From NCBI GenBank assembly GCA_977020255.1, contig CDROCS010000506.1, positions 2,976,001 through 3,040,000 on the forward strand: DNA of 64,000 nt, written 5' to 3'. The notes below the pieces were generated by a model. The model saw nothing but the letters and a program-made list of their open reading frames with translations, had not been told where the DNA came from and did no database searches. Origin of the DNA: Obrimoposthia wandeli. Taxonomy: Eukaryota. The translations under genes and the position numbers were made by a program. How positions within the stretch are numbered: position 1 is the first letter of the stretch; each line of letters opens with the position of its first letter. This document shows, piece by piece, positions 12,200 through 22,851 of this stretch.

Positions 12200-12661
12200 T
12201 TATTTTGATTTGTAATCGCTGTGGCAAGATTTACAGTTTTTAGCTGTTTGTCCAAATGCTTTTTTAATGGCGCTACGGTTACCTTGTTTTGCAACTGTTG
12301 CTAAGTTTTGTGCATCTTTACTGAATTGACTGAATTTAGCTTCAAAGCCATCTGCATCAGTCCAGATAGCTGCTTTAGCTTTAGTATCACCAGTTTGGCT
12401 ATCGCTTGAGCTAAAACCGTGCTGCGCCATCGGAATTAATTGTGCAAGTTGTTCTGAGCGCAATTGAAATGCGGTGTCATTCCATTCTTTTTTACCTTTG
12501 ACCATATCAGCCATGTCGGAAAAGTTAATTGCGATCATTGTTAAGGCTGATTGACGGTATGTAATATCGGTTTCAGGTTTATCAAACGTTGCAGCTTGTG
12601 CTGTTGTGAACATCATTAATGATGTTAGACCTGCTAATTTTAGTGTTTTGCTCCAGAACAT
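12200..12661 (-). CDS. Cytochrome c-prime (class II cytochrome c)
   Basis: Signal peptide, ITYRQSALTM, AKAAIW, and C-terminal heme motif CKSCH. Confidence 0.9.
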   Translation of the reverse strand: MFWSKTLKLAGLTSLMMFTTAQAATFDKPETDITYRQSALTMIAINFSDMADMVKGKKEWNDTAFQLRSEQLAQLIPMAQHGFSSSDSQTGDTKAKAAIWTDADGFEAKFSQFSKDAQNLATVAKQGNRSAIKKAFGQTAKNCKSCHSDYKSK

Positions 12662-12832
12662 CTTGCTTCCTTATTATGTTGGTATAGTTATTCGTTGATA
12701 ACTTATTATTATATGCTTGATAATAAACTATTTTTAGCGATGGTGAAATGTGATGCATTGCATTATTTGGTAAAACATTGTGTGTTAAATTAATCGTTAC
12801 CTAAACAGTATTCATTAGCTAAGGACAGCATA

Positions 12833-13786
12833 ATGCGAGCAGGTTATAACACGGAACGTTCACGCCTATTTCATTTACCACCACAATTTCATTTGCAACA
12901 GCTATCATGCCGGCATATTGGCACATCAGGCTCAATATTTTTAATTGGTTTACTTTATTTACTTTCATTTTCAGCGACTCAAGCAAGTCAACTGAGAGTC
13001 GCAGTATCGGCATTGGATTTAGGCTCTGTCGCTGAACATGTGCAATTAGGTTTGCAATCTGAGTTGTCTCGACAAGGTTACGTAACAGGTACTAACCTCA
13101 CTTGGGTAAATAATAAAGCGAAAGCCAAATCATCTGATGTGCATGTTACGATCTCTACCGCCGAGCAGGATCCTTTCATTACCTTAGTTAACCAGCAAGG
13201 ACTCGTCACTGAAATTAATCGAGACACCTCTGAGTTTCGTGAGCTATTAACAGAGGAGTATGAAATTAACTTCATCAAAAAACTACTACCGGGTATTAAT
13301 ACCATCGGCGTTATCATTGATAAAAATGCCATTGATATGGATAACTCTGAGCAGTTTTTGGCGCGGCAAGAGCAAAAGGGCATGCATATCGTTTATTACT
13401 ATATTGAAAAAAGTGATGAGTTAAGAGGCGCCACTCGTATGTTAGCGTCTGTTGTTGATGCCATTTATTTACCTGGCCACATTACGGATATGCCTGAGTT
13501 GGAACAGATTGTCACTGTAGCAGAGCGTAATAGTGTCGCACTCATTGGCGAAGATCATCGTAGTATTAAGAAAGGTGTCTTTGCCGTGTACAGCATTGAT
13601 TATTTTCAAGTCGGGCGTGATACCGCTGATTTATTAGTGCGTTTAGCCGAAGGCCGGGATACGTTTAGTGGTGACAATGATTACCTTGTGAGACCTGTTC
13701 TTTCACTTAATCTTGATGCTGCAGCCCGAATGGGCGTTGAGTTATCGAATGATATAATTAATAAAGCGAAGTTTATTATAGAATAA
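12833..13786 (+). CDS. ABC-type substrate-binding protein (Trp/Tyr-binding-like family), orphan
   Basis: LSRQGYVTGTNL, LLPGINTIGVI, VDAIYLP, SIDYFQVGRDTA and LSLNLDAAARMGV; start position uncertain. Confidence 0.7.
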   Translation: MRAGYNTERSRLFHLPPQFHLQQLSCRHIGTSGSIFLIGLLYLLSFSATQASQLRVAVSALDLGSVAEHVQLGLQSELSRQGYVTGTNLTWVNNKAKAKSSDVHVTISTAEQDPFITLVNQQGLVTEINRDTSEFRELLTEEYEINFIKKLLPGINTIGVIIDKNAIDMDNSEQFLARQEQKGMHIVYYYIEKSDELRGATRMLASVVDAIYLPGHITDMPELEQIVTVAERNSVALIGEDHRSIKKGVFAVYSIDYFQVGRDTADLLVRLAEGRDTFSGDNDYLVRPVLSLNLDAAARMGVELSNDIINKAKFIIE

Positions 13787-13893
13787 CAGGCCGTCACATG
13801 ACTTGAATACGGTGTTTTTACAGCTGTAATTTGGCTGTTTGGGTTAATTTATACAGATATATTCAATTTTTTTTTAATAAATTCACCTTTCTG

Positions 13894-13921
13894 CTTGAAG
13901 CGTTAAATTTCGCCCCCATAT
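13894..13921 (+). promoter_or_regulatory. Sigma-32 heat-shock promoter P1 of dnaK
   Basis: CTTGAA-N14-CCCCATAT, matching the RpoH consensus. Confidence 0.85.
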
Positions 13922-13989
13922 TTATTTTCAATCGCAGAGATAACCTTACAATGCGTAGGTTGTCAGTGATAGGAAAGTATTTTAATAGA

Positions 13990-14017
13990 CTTGAAATTAC
14001 TTTATCTGTCACCATTT
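13990..14017 (+). promoter_or_regulatory. Second sigma-32 promoter of dnaK
   Basis: CTTGAA-N14-CACCATTT. Confidence 0.6.
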
Positions 14018-14068
14018 ATTCTGTATCAAATTTGTAAACAAAGTATTATTAACTGGAGAATTACGATT

Positions 14069-15997
14069 ATGGGTAGAATCATTGGTATTGATTTAGGTAC
14101 GACTAACTCTTGTGTATCAATCTTAGATGGCGACACTGCTCGCGTAATCGAGAATGCTGAAGGTGATCGTACTACTCCGTCAATCATCGCATACACTGCA
14201 GATGGTGAAACTTTAGTTGGTCAGCCTGCAAAACGTCAAGCTGTAACAAACCCTGAAAACACGCTATTTGCAATCAAGCGTATGATCGGCCGTCGTTTTG
14301 AAGATGAAGAAATTCAACGTGACATCAAAATCATGCCTTACAAAATTGTTAAAGCTGACAATGGCGATGCATGGGTAGAAGCGAAAGGCCAAAAAATGGC
14401 TCCGCCACAAATCTCTGCTGAAGTTTTGAAAAAAATGAAAAAAACTGCAGAAGATTATTTAGGTGAAGCAGTAACTGAAGCGGTTATTACTGTACCTGCA
14501 TACTTCAACGATTCACAACGCCAAGCAACGAAAGATGCTGGTCGTATCGCTGGTCTTGAAGTTAAACGTATTATCAACGAACCAACTGCTGCTGCATTCG
14601 CATATGGCGTAAACACAGCTAAAGGCGACAGCGTTGTTGCTGTATACGACCTTGGTGGTGGTACATTCGATATCTCTATCATCGAAATCGATGAAATGGA
14701 TGGCGAAAAGACATTTGAAGTACTAGCAACTAACGGTGATACTCACCTAGGTGGCGAAGATTTCGATACACGTCTAATCAACTACCTAGTAGCTGAATTC
14801 AAAAAAGAACAAAACTTTGACCTAACAAACGATCCGCTAGCTATGCAACGTCTTAAAGAAGCTGCAGAAAAAGCGAAAATCGAATTATCTTCAGCACAAC
14901 AAACAGATGTAAACTTACCTTACATCACTGCTGATGCAACTGGTCCTAAGCATTTAAACATTAAAGTAACACGTGCTAAATTAGAATCTCTTGTAGAAGA
15001 CCTAGTTAAAGCAACGATGGAACCATTACGTATTGCATTACAAGATGCAGACCTAGCTGTTGGCGATATCAACGATATCATCCTAGTTGGTGGCCAAACT
15101 CGTATGCCTATGGTTCAAGCGGCTGTTACTGAATTCTTCGGTAAAGAAGCACGTAAAGACGTTAACCCTGATGAAGCAGTTGCAATGGGCGCGGCGATTC
15201 AAGGTGCAGTACTTTCTGGCGACAAAACAGACGTACTTCTTCTAGATGTTACACCTCTATCTCTAGGTATTGAGACTATGGGTGGTGTTATGACTAAGCT
15301 TATCGAGAAAAACACAACTATCCCGACTAAAGCGTCACAAACATTCTCAACAGCTGAAGATAACCAAGCTGCTGTAACTGTTCACGCAATCCAAGGCGAG
15401 CGTAAACGTGCTGCAGACAACAAATCACTAGGTCAATTCAACCTAGAAGGTATCCGTCCTGCACAACGTGGTATTCCACAAATCGAAGTTGCTTTCGATA
15501 TTGATGCTGATGGTATCTTACACGTATCTGCAACTGACAAAGATACTGGTAAAGAACAAAAAATCACAATCCAAGCGTCTTCTGGTCTTTCTGATGAAGA
15601 AGTAGAAGCAATGGTACGTGATGCTGAAGCAAACTCTGCTGAAGATGCTAAATTTGAAGAGCTAGTACAAGCACGTAACCAAGCTGATGCAATGGTTCAC
15701 GGTACGCGTAAGCAAATCGAAGAAGCTGGCGAAGCACTACCTGCTGATGAAAAAGAAAAAATTGAAGCTGCTATTGTTGAACTAGAAGCTGCAATTAAAG
15801 GCGAAGACAAAGAAGCGATTGAAGCAAAAACTCAAACGTTGATGGAAGCCGCTCAAAAATTGATGGAAATTGCTCAACAGCAAGCTGAAGCTCAACAAGC
15901 TGGCGCTGAAGCCGGTGCAGAACAGCCACAAGAAAAAGATGTGGCTGGTGATGTTGTTGACGCTGAGTTTGAAGAAGTAAAAGACGACAAAAAATAA
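14069..15997 (+). CDS. dnaK: Chaperone DnaK (Hsp70)
   Basis: [22 protein letters not shown] and acidic C-terminal tail; GGAG RBS supports ATG 14069. Confidence 0.98.
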   Translation: MGRIIGIDLGTTNSCVSILDGDTARVIENAEGDRTTPSIIAYTADGETLVGQPAKRQAVTNPENTLFAIKRMIGRRFEDEEIQRDIKIMPYKIVKADNGDAWVEAKGQKMAPPQISAEVLKKMKKTAEDYLGEAVTEAVITVPAYFNDSQRQATKDAGRIAGLEVKRIINEPTAAAFAYGVNTAKGDSVVAVYDLGGGTFDISIIEIDEMDGEKTFEVLATNGDTHLGGEDFDTRLINYLVAEFKKEQNFDLTNDPLAMQRLKEAAEKAKIELSSAQQTDVNLPYITADATGPKHLNIKVTRAKLESLVEDLVKATMEPLRIALQDADLAVGDINDIILVGGQTRMPMVQAAVTEFFGKEARKDVNPDEAVAMGAAIQGAVLSGDKTDVLLLDVTPLSLGIETMGGVMTKLIEKNTTIPTKASQTFSTAEDNQAAVTVHAIQGERKRAADNKSLGQFNLEGIRPAQRGIPQIEVAFDIDADGILHVSATDKDTGKEQKITIQASSGLSDEEVEAMVRDAEANSAEDAKFEELVQARNQADAMVHGTRKQIEEAGEALPADEKEKIEAAIVELEAAIKGEDKEAIEAKTQTLMEAAQKLMEIAQQQAEAQQAGAEAGAEQPQEKDVAGDVVDAEFEEVKDDKK

Positions 15998-16027
15998 TAA
16001 CGCCTGAGTTATTACTTTTTAAATAGC

Positions 16028-16056
16028 AAAGGCGTTGGTGCTTCACCAACGCCTTT
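16028..16056 (+). terminator. dnaK-dnaJ intercistronic hairpin (attenuating terminator)
   Basis: AAAGGCGTTGGTG-CTT-CACCAACGCCTTT with a short T tail. Confidence 0.7.
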
Positions 16057-16092
16057 CGTGTATCTAAATTATTTAATTTTAAGCTGATTATT

Positions 16093-17214
16093 ATGTCAAA
16101 ACGCGATTATTACGAAGTGCTAGGCGTCTCTCGTGACGCAAGCGAAAAAGAAGTTAAAAAGGCTTACAAACGCCTTGCAATGAAATATCACCCAGACAGA
16201 ACCAAGGGTGATAAAGGCATGGAAGAGCAATTCAAAGAAGTTAAAGAAGCCTATGAAGTGCTTAATGACTCACAGAAAAAAGGCGCTTATGATCAATACG
16301 GTCATGCCGGCTTAAATCAGCAAGGTGGTGGACACGGTGGTCACGGTGACTTCGGCGATATCTTTGGTGACGTTTTCGGTGATATGTTTGGTGGCGGTGG
16401 TCGCGGTCGTCAACAACGCGCTCAACGTGGTAGTGATTTACGTTACAACATGGAACTCACGCTTGAAGAAGCTGTTCGTGGCGTAAGCAAAACGATTCGT
16501 ATCCCAAGCCAATGTCACTGTGAAGTGTGTAATGGTTCAGGTGCTAAATCAGGTACTAAAGCGGCAACTTGTAGTACTTGTCATGGCCAAGGCCAAGTGC
16601 AAATGCGTCAAGGTTTCTTTGCGGTAAACCAAGCATGCCCAACCTGTCATGGTAAAGGCAAAATTATTAAAGATCCTTGCCGTAAGTGTCATGGTGAAGG
16701 TCGTTACGAACGCAGTAAAGATTTGAAAGTAACAATCCCAGCTGGTGTTGATACTGGCGACCGCATCCGTTTAACGGGTGAAGGCGAAGCTGGCGATGCA
16801 GGCCCAGGTGATTTGTATGTTCAAGTAAGTGTACGCGAGCATGCTATCTTTGAACGTGATGGCAGCAACTTGTATTGTGAAGTGCCAATTAGCTTCACTT
16901 ATGCAGCCGTTGGCGGTGAAATCGAAGTACCAACTTTAGATGGTCGCGTTAAACTAAAAGTACCAGCTGAAACACAAACTGGCCGTATGTTCCGTTTACG
17001 CGGTAAAGGCGTTAAGTCTGTACGTGGTGGTGCTGTTGGTGATTTACTGTGTAAAGTTACGCTGGAAACGCCTGTGAAGCTAAATGCTGAACAAAAAGAT
17101 TTATTACAACAGTTTGAATCATCGCTAAATAATGCATCAGCAAAGAAACATAAGCCTAAATCAGAAGGCTTCTTTGACGGTGTTAAAAGCTTCTTTGATG
17201 ACCTAACTAAATAG
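16093..17214 (+). CDS. dnaJ: Chaperone DnaJ
   Basis: J-domain HPD, G/F-rich region, four CxxCxGxG repeats. Confidence 0.98.
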   Translation: MSKRDYYEVLGVSRDASEKEVKKAYKRLAMKYHPDRTKGDKGMEEQFKEVKEAYEVLNDSQKKGAYDQYGHAGLNQQGGGHGGHGDFGDIFGDVFGDMFGGGGRGRQQRAQRGSDLRYNMELTLEEAVRGVSKTIRIPSQCHCEVCNGSGAKSGTKAATCSTCHGQGQVQMRQGFFAVNQACPTCHGKGKIIKDPCRKCHGEGRYERSKDLKVTIPAGVDTGDRIRLTGEGEAGDAGPGDLYVQVSVREHAIFERDGSNLYCEVPISFTYAAVGGEIEVPTLDGRVKLKVPAETQTGRMFRLRGKGVKSVRGGAVGDLLCKVTLETPVKLNAEQKDLLQQFESSLNNASAKKHKPKSEGFFDGVKSFFDDLTK

Positions 17215-17253
17215 TTAAATCGAGTTATTGATTTCGCTACTTGAAGTGGTACT

Positions 17254-17281
17254 AAGCCGTGATATTTATCGCGGCTTTTTT
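17254..17281 (+). terminator. dnaJ terminator
   Basis: AAGCCGTGAT..ATCGCGGCTT plus T tract. Confidence 0.75.
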
Positions 17282-17352
17282 ATATCCCCAGTTTATACCT
17301 ACCAATGCTTTGATTAAAATAAGTACCTCTAAATGGTAAAGGATTGTTGATT

Positions 17353-17368
17353 TGTGATTGATTACACA
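17353..17368 (+). promoter_or_regulatory. Candidate CRP site upstream of nagK
   Basis: TGTGA-N6-ACACA (9/10 match to TGTGA-N6-TCACA). Confidence 0.5.
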
Positions 17369-17474
17369 GATATAACTCAGCTCAATATCATTCTATTTTA
17401 TAAACTACTACTATTTATATTTTATAAAATTATCATCAATTAATTTACTGTTATTTAACGGTCATGGAGGTTAA

Positions 17475-18407
17475 ATGTATTACGGTTTTGATATTGGCGG
17501 TACCAAGATTGAGTTTTCGGTATATAACACAGCGCTTGAATGTGTTTTCAATGAGCGGATCCCCGCACCTACCGAAGATTATGAAGAATTATTAGATGCA
17601 CTCGATACCTTTATTTTTAAAGCTGATGAGCAGTTTGGTTGCAAAGGCATGGTCGGTATTGGCTATCCTGGAGTGATGGACCCAGAAACGAATACATTAG
17701 TGTGCTCTAATTTACCTAGCTTGCATGGTCAGAATTTACAAACTGATTTACAAAAACGCATAAGTCGTGATGTGAAAGTACAAAATGATGCGAATTGCTT
17801 TGCGTTGTCAGAATGTTTTAAAGGTGCAGCTGAAGATGCCGAGATCGCGATTGCGGTAACCTTAGGCACTGGCTTGGGTGGTGCTGTCTGCATCAATAAA
17901 ACAATTTTGTCAGGGCATAACTTTGGCGCAGGCGAATTTGGTCATATGGCTATTCCCGGTACGATGTTGCAGCGTTATCCTGAACTGCCATTAACCCATT
18001 GTGGCTGTGGTGGTCATTCTTGTTTAGAAACGTATTGCTCTGGTACTGGTTTGGCAGCGTTATATAAACATTACAAAGTTCACATGGATGGTTCATGTAC
18101 TGAAGAGCAGGCGTTAAAAGGTCCTGGTATTATTGCAGCCTATGAAGCGAAAGAGCCCGTAGCCGTAAAAACCGTGACGGTCTTTTTGGACATTTTAGCG
18201 GCAGCTCTCGGTAGTCTTATCATGATCCTTGATCCGCATGTGGTGGTGTTTGGTGGCGGCTTAGCGCGTTTTGAAGCCTTGTATTCTCAGCTGCCTAAAA
18301 AGATCAAAGCATATGTTTTTGATAACATGATATTACCGCAGTTGAGACAAGCAGAATTTGGTGGCGAAGGCGGTGTGCGTGGTGCGGCACTGTTAAATTA
18401 TAGATAG
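17475..18407 (+). CDS. nagK: ROK-family N-acetylglucosamine kinase
   Basis: MYYGFDIGGTKIE, NDANCFALSE, GEFGH and CGCGGHSCLETYCSG zinc motif. Confidence 0.82.
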   Translation: MYYGFDIGGTKIEFSVYNTALECVFNERIPAPTEDYEELLDALDTFIFKADEQFGCKGMVGIGYPGVMDPETNTLVCSNLPSLHGQNLQTDLQKRISRDVKVQNDANCFALSECFKGAAEDAEIAIAVTLGTGLGGAVCINKTILSGHNFGAGEFGHMAIPGTMLQRYPELPLTHCGCGGHSCLETYCSGTGLAALYKHYKVHMDGSCTEEQALKGPGIIAAYEAKEPVAVKTVTVFLDILAAALGSLIMILDPHVVVFGGGLARFEALYSQLPKKIKAYVFDNMILPQLRQAEFGGEGGVRGAALLNYR

Positions 18408-18435
18408 CCAGTATGTTTTGTAACTAATTTAAAAA

Positions 18436-18473
18436 ATCCCGTCCTAAACGTTATTTATACTTTAGGACGGGAT
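18436..18473. terminator. Inverted repeat between convergent nagK and oalA
   Basis: ATCCCGTCCTAAA-N12-TTTAGGACGGGAT. Confidence 0.65.
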
Positions 18474-18487
18474 CGAGATTAAGCTAG

Positions 18488-20569
18488 TTATAGCTCGATA
18501 GTAACAATGTCTCCATCAATAGTCAGCTCTAACGTACTGCCAACTAATTTATGGCTAACGGCAGTTTTTGGACCGTTTGCTTTGCTTGGCACTAATAACG
18601 TTAAGATATTGTGCTCTTTCTTAGCTTTGAATTTCGCTTCAACGTGACGGTGAATTTCAAGGTCTTTGTATTCAGCAGGGTCAACTTCTCCGAAACCTTC
18701 AACTTGATCAATTGATAGTAGATCTTGCTTACAATCATTGATGAATTGAACGTCTAATATAGCGTTGTCACCAACAATCTTGAATGAATCTGTAGCAGCT
18801 TCAGTTTTGAATGTTGTGTGTAATAACCAAGTTAGATCTTGTTCAGTTTTTAAAGTCGCAGTATCGCGCATAACGAATACTTTACCTTTAGCAAACCAGA
18901 TTTTACGTTTGTAAGATTCTAATTCTGGATTGTGGAATTGGTATGACGTTGATGCATCGCCTTCAACAAATAGCACTTCTGAGTCAGTATCGTAATCGCT
19001 GATTTTACCGCCAGCTTCGATACAGTAACGATCTTGATGCTCGCCTTTAAACTTGGTTGTTGTGTTCTCTGCGTACTGACCTTTACCATCAAATAATGGT
19101 AAGTTTTTAGAGAACGTACGGCGACGCCATTTGATATGCATGTCTACACCGAAACCACCGTAGTAACCAGTTATCGATGCTAACGTATCGCCAAATGCAT
19201 GTAATGTGTATGCATTTTGGTCACCGTGTGAATGACTGATTGAACCAAACGGGCTACATTTGTAAACCATGTGGATATGCTCTTCACGGTTAGTCATGTT
19301 GCTGTGGAATGCAGCCCAACCAGTGATTGGGAATACTTTAAGTTGTGGCTTATCAGCAGGCGCAACTTCAGGCATATCGTTCCATAGGTAATCAAAACGT
19401 AGATCGTCGTAACCAAAGTCCCACCAACCGAAGTTGTAGAACTTGGTATTCGCTTCTGTATCACGTGCTTTAAGTTGGTTGTAATACCAGATGTATTCAG
19501 GCTTATTATTTACACCAGCAAAATGCTTGATGTTGTAAGCCAATTTTAGACCAGGGAAGTCACCAATACTTGATTGGTCACAGAAACTCGCGCGCTTAGA
19601 ATATACTGGCATACAGTACATGATGAAGTCACCCGTATTTTTGTAGAATTCTTTATTAAACATGTCAATCGAGGTATAGCTTTTTAGTAGGTCAAAAGCT
19701 TCACCTAAGAACGCCATTTGTGTGTTCCAGTAATCTGGACCTTCAGCCCATGCGCCGTCTTTACCGCCCCATGGTGGGTAATGTGTTGCGTAGTACTCGA
19801 TACCGTATTCGATGTATTCACGTGCTTTAGGGTGTTCACCGTAAAGTGCGATACATGTAGGAATAACTGCAGAACTGATACTACGTACACCATGGCTGTT
19901 TAGTGGGTTAGCTAATAAATCAACAGTCACCTTAAGGTGATGCATGATTTCGTCTAAACGAACGATGAGTGCGTTTTTAACAATTTCACGTTCTTCATCA
20001 GAGAAGTAAGCATTTAGCCAATCGTAACCCCAAGCCATTGCAGCAATTACACGGAAAGCTGCTTCATCGTTGTAACCACGAGAAGTAACACCTTCTGGAT
20101 CGTAAGAAGCAAGTTCTAATGTCCAAGCTTTTGCTTTAGCGATAATTGCTTCATCTTCTAAAACAACACCAGCTATAGAAAGATTACGTGTCGCGTTGAA
20201 AGCTTCTTGACAGCTAACGTACATTTGACGCCAGTAAGGACGCCAAAGAGATGCTTTACCAACTGTTTCTTCTGGGTATGCTTTTGGCTCTGCGTATGGT
20301 GTTGTATCCATGAACTTGTTTGTTGAATTGTTCATGAAAGCGTCAAATTTACAGTAACCAGCATCGCTTATCAGATTAGCTCGAAATGCGGGAAGATCTT
20401 TGCTTTGAACTAATAGGCGAGGATGTTCAACGCTTAAGTTATCAAGGAAAGATAGGTCTGTTTCAGTTTGCTGAACTTTAATTGGCATGCAATCTACAAG
20501 ATTACCTGCAGATTTGTCGTTTTCTAATTTGATCGCTTTAATAGCATCAAAAGACTTGTTACTAGACAT
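18488..20569 (-). CDS. oalA: Exolytic oligo-alginate lyase, PL15
   Basis: 693 aa with no signal peptide; NSHGVRS, WAEGPDYW, GSISHSHGDQN; closely resembles Vibrio splendidus OalA as recalled. Confidence 0.88.
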   Translation of the reverse strand: MSSNKSFDAIKAIKLENDKSAGNLVDCMPIKVQQTETDLSFLDNLSVEHPRLLVQSKDLPAFRANLISDAGYCKFDAFMNNSTNKFMDTTPYAEPKAYPEETVGKASLWRPYWRQMYVSCQEAFNATRNLSIAGVVLEDEAIIAKAKAWTLELASYDPEGVTSRGYNDEAAFRVIAAMAWGYDWLNAYFSDEEREIVKNALIVRLDEIMHHLKVTVDLLANPLNSHGVRSISSAVIPTCIALYGEHPKAREYIEYGIEYYATHYPPWGGKDGAWAEGPDYWNTQMAFLGEAFDLLKSYTSIDMFNKEFYKNTGDFIMYCMPVYSKRASFCDQSSIGDFPGLKLAYNIKHFAGVNNKPEYIWYYNQLKARDTEANTKFYNFGWWDFGYDDLRFDYLWNDMPEVAPADKPQLKVFPITGWAAFHSNMTNREEHIHMVYKCSPFGSISHSHGDQNAYTLHAFGDTLASITGYYGGFGVDMHIKWRRRTFSKNLPLFDGKGQYAENTTTKFKGEHQDRYCIEAGGKISDYDTDSEVLFVEGDASTSYQFHNPELESYKRKIWFAKGKVFVMRDTATLKTEQDLTWLLHTTFKTEAATDSFKIVGDNAILDVQFINDCKQDLLSIDQVEGFGEVDPAEYKDLEIHRHVEAKFKAKKEHNILTLLVPSKANGPKTAVSHKLVGSTLELTIDGDIVTIEL

Positions 20570-20737
20570 TTAATACCTCTAATTTATGCAGTTAATAAAT
20601 AGAAACAGTCCGAAAGGGAGGTTTACAGCTGCGTTAATGTTAGATGAAGACGGTTTATAAAACTTGTGCCACATATCCTTAAGGATAATTACATTCGTGG
20701 CACATGTTTTTAAAAGTAATTTGAAACTGCGGACAGA

Positions 20738-21358
20738 TTAAAGTGCAGCAACGGCATCTTTAACTAAAACCGCAATTTTATCCCACTCTTGGTTATCAAC
20801 AAGATCAGCAGGTACCATCCAAGTACCACCACAAGCCACTACCGATTTAATATCTAAGTATTCATTGATATTAGCGGCTGAAACTCCACCTGTTGGCATG
20901 AAGTTAGTTGGGTAAACAGCGGTTAGTGACTTCAACATTGCTACGCCACCAGAAGGACCCGCAGGGAAGAACTTTAATGTTGTTAACCCCATTTCCATTG
21001 CTTGCTCAACTAAAGAAGGGTTATTTACGCCTGGAATGATTGGCATATTACGTTGTTGACAGTATTTAACTGTTGTTGGATTAAAGCCAGGGCTAACAAT
21101 GAAATCGACGCCTGCATCAATCGCTTCATCAACTGTAGTAGTGTTTAATACTGTACCTGCCCCGATTAACATTTCAGGGAATGCCGCGCGCATATTTTTG
21201 ATTGCTTGTGCTGCCGCTGGCGTACGGAAAGTAATTTCTGCACATGGCATGCCATTTTCAACCAATACTTTGCCTAGTGGCACTGCATTGTCAGCGTCTT
21301 TAATCGCAATAACTGGAATAACTTTTAGTGCTTGTAATCTTTCGTTTAATGTTGGCAT
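20738..21358 (-). CDS. eda: KDPG aldolase
   Basis: AEITFRT, GAGTV, LKFFPA, PTGGV. Confidence 0.93.
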   Translation of the reverse strand: MPTLNERLQALKVIPVIAIKDADNAVPLGKVLVENGMPCAEITFRTPAAAQAIKNMRAAFPEMLIGAGTVLNTTTVDEAIDAGVDFIVSPGFNPTTVKYCQQRNMPIIPGVNNPSLVEQAMEMGLTTLKFFPAGPSGGVAMLKSLTAVYPTNFMPTGGVSAANINEYLDIKSVVACGGTWMVPADLVDNQEWDKIAVLVKDAVAAL

Positions 21359-21394
21359 TTTTAATCCTAATAATATGTATGAATTTGTTTAAAA

Positions 21395-22330
21395 TTAATC
21401 TACAAGAGGTGCTATGTATTTTACATCTATGATCGCGCCTTTATGCTGAATAACAGTGCCAGCTACTTGGTGTGCTTTTTTAGCTGCCTCAATACTGCTT
21501 GAACCTAATAAGCGTTTCGACATAAAGCCTGCTGCGAATGAATCACCTGCAGCGTTAGTATCAATTATTTTATCTTTAGCTACCGGACTGGCTTCAACAC
21601 GAATCGTTTCGTTATCGCTCACGAGCAAGCATTCTTTGCCACCACGTTTGATAATGATCTCTTGAACGCCTAACGCAGAACTACGTGCAATGCACTGTTC
21701 TAAATTCGTATCGCCAAATACGGCTTGTTCATCATCAAACGTTAATAGTCCTGTATGTGTCACGGCTAATAAACGTTTGTAATTTTCAGCTGCATGTTCA
21801 GCTGAATCCCATAATTGTGGACGGTAGTTATTATCAAAAATAATTTTACCGCCAGCCGCTTTGCAACGTGCTAATAAATCATAAAGTTTTTCACGGCTTT
21901 CTGGTGATAAAATAGCTAAACTGATACCTGATAAGTAGATTGCATCTTGTGCCACTAACTGGTCAATTAATTCATCAGTTGCTGTTTCAAGCCAATATTT
22001 TGCGGCAGCATCATTGCGCCAGTAAATGAAACTACGTTCACCTTCCGCATCGGTTTCAACCATGTATAAACCAGGTTGTTTTGTTGGCGATCGTTGCACA
22101 AACTGTGTATCGATACCTTCATTATTCCAATTATCAACCATTTCTTGGCTGATTTTATCTTGTCCTAATGCCGTCACGTAGCTAATGTTTACTTCTTTAC
22201 CCGCTGTTAAGCGAGATAAGTAAACGGCTGTGTTTAAAGTATCGCCGCCAAAACCTTTACGTAAATTTGGTCCAACTTGTTGTAGTTCTATCATGCATTC
22301 GCCGATGAGAGCGATATTTAATTCAGCCAT
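21395..22330 (-). CDS. kdgK: 2-keto-3-deoxygluconate kinase (PfkB family)
   Basis: IGECMIEL, FGGDTLNTAVYL, FDNNYRPQLW, DTNAAGDSF. Confidence 0.93.
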   Translation of the reverse strand: MAELNIALIGECMIELQQVGPNLRKGFGGDTLNTAVYLSRLTAGKEVNISYVTALGQDKISQEMVDNWNNEGIDTQFVQRSPTKQPGLYMVETDAEGERSFIYWRNDAAAKYWLETATDELIDQLVAQDAIYLSGISLAILSPESREKLYDLLARCKAAGGKIIFDNNYRPQLWDSAEHAAENYKRLLAVTHTGLLTFDDEQAVFGDTNLEQCIARSSALGVQEIIIKRGGKECLLVSDNETIRVEASPVAKDKIIDTNAAGDSFAAGFMSKRLLGSSSIEAAKKAHQVAGTVIQHKGAIIDVKYIAPLVD

Positions 22331-22344
22331 TTTTAACCTCTGTT

Positions 22345-22677
22345 TTATAAAAAATCAGCACGTTTGGGAGAAAATACGTCAACCAATAAGCTACCTTCTT
22401 CAAGCGCTACTGCACCGTGCATAGTTAGTTTAGGCGCTATGTAAGCATCACCTTTAACCAGTATTTTCTTTACACCATCTATTTCAGCTTCAAAACTACC
22501 TTCAGCAACATAACCAATTTGGTCATGAATATCATGCATATGAGGTGTGCCTATTGCCCCTTTTTTAAAATGTACAACAACAAGCATTAATTCTTCAGTG
22601 TAACCCACTATTTTTCTTTTAACGCCGCCGCCAATATCTTCCCACGGTGTATTGTCATCTATAAAAAATGGATTCAT
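22345..22677 (-). CDS. kdgF: Cupin KdgF (ring opening of unsaturated uronates)
   Basis: PWEDIGGGVKRKI, HMHDIHDQ, HGAVALEEG..DVFSPKRADF. Confidence 0.85.
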   Translation of the reverse strand: MNPFFIDDNTPWEDIGGGVKRKIVGYTEELMLVVVHFKKGAIGTPHMHDIHDQIGYVAEGSFEAEIDGVKKILVKGDAYIAPKLTMHGAVALEEGSLLVDVFSPKRADFL

Positions 22678-22804
22678 TTTGTTTTCCTTTCAAATTATTA
22701 AATAAGGTAATCAGAGCTAATTACATGTTTGTCATGATTTTAAATTTTTGCATATCAGCCCTTTGAAGGGGGATTATAAAATCTATTTTAATCTGTATTT
22801 ATTG

Positions 22805-22848
22805 TTTATTTACACGATGAGCTATTAACCGCTCATCGTGTAAATAAA
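22805..22848. other. Intercistronic 18-bp stem-loop between toaA and kdgF
   Basis: TTTATTTACACGATGAGC-N8-GCTCATCGTGTAAATAAA; no U-tract follows it on the minus (sense) strand. Confidence 0.7.
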
Positions 22849-22851
22849 GTA

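Noticed and set aside
12752-12763. NsrR-like GATGCAT upstream of cytochrome c-prime
   Set aside because: Only a half-site; no properly spaced inverted partner.
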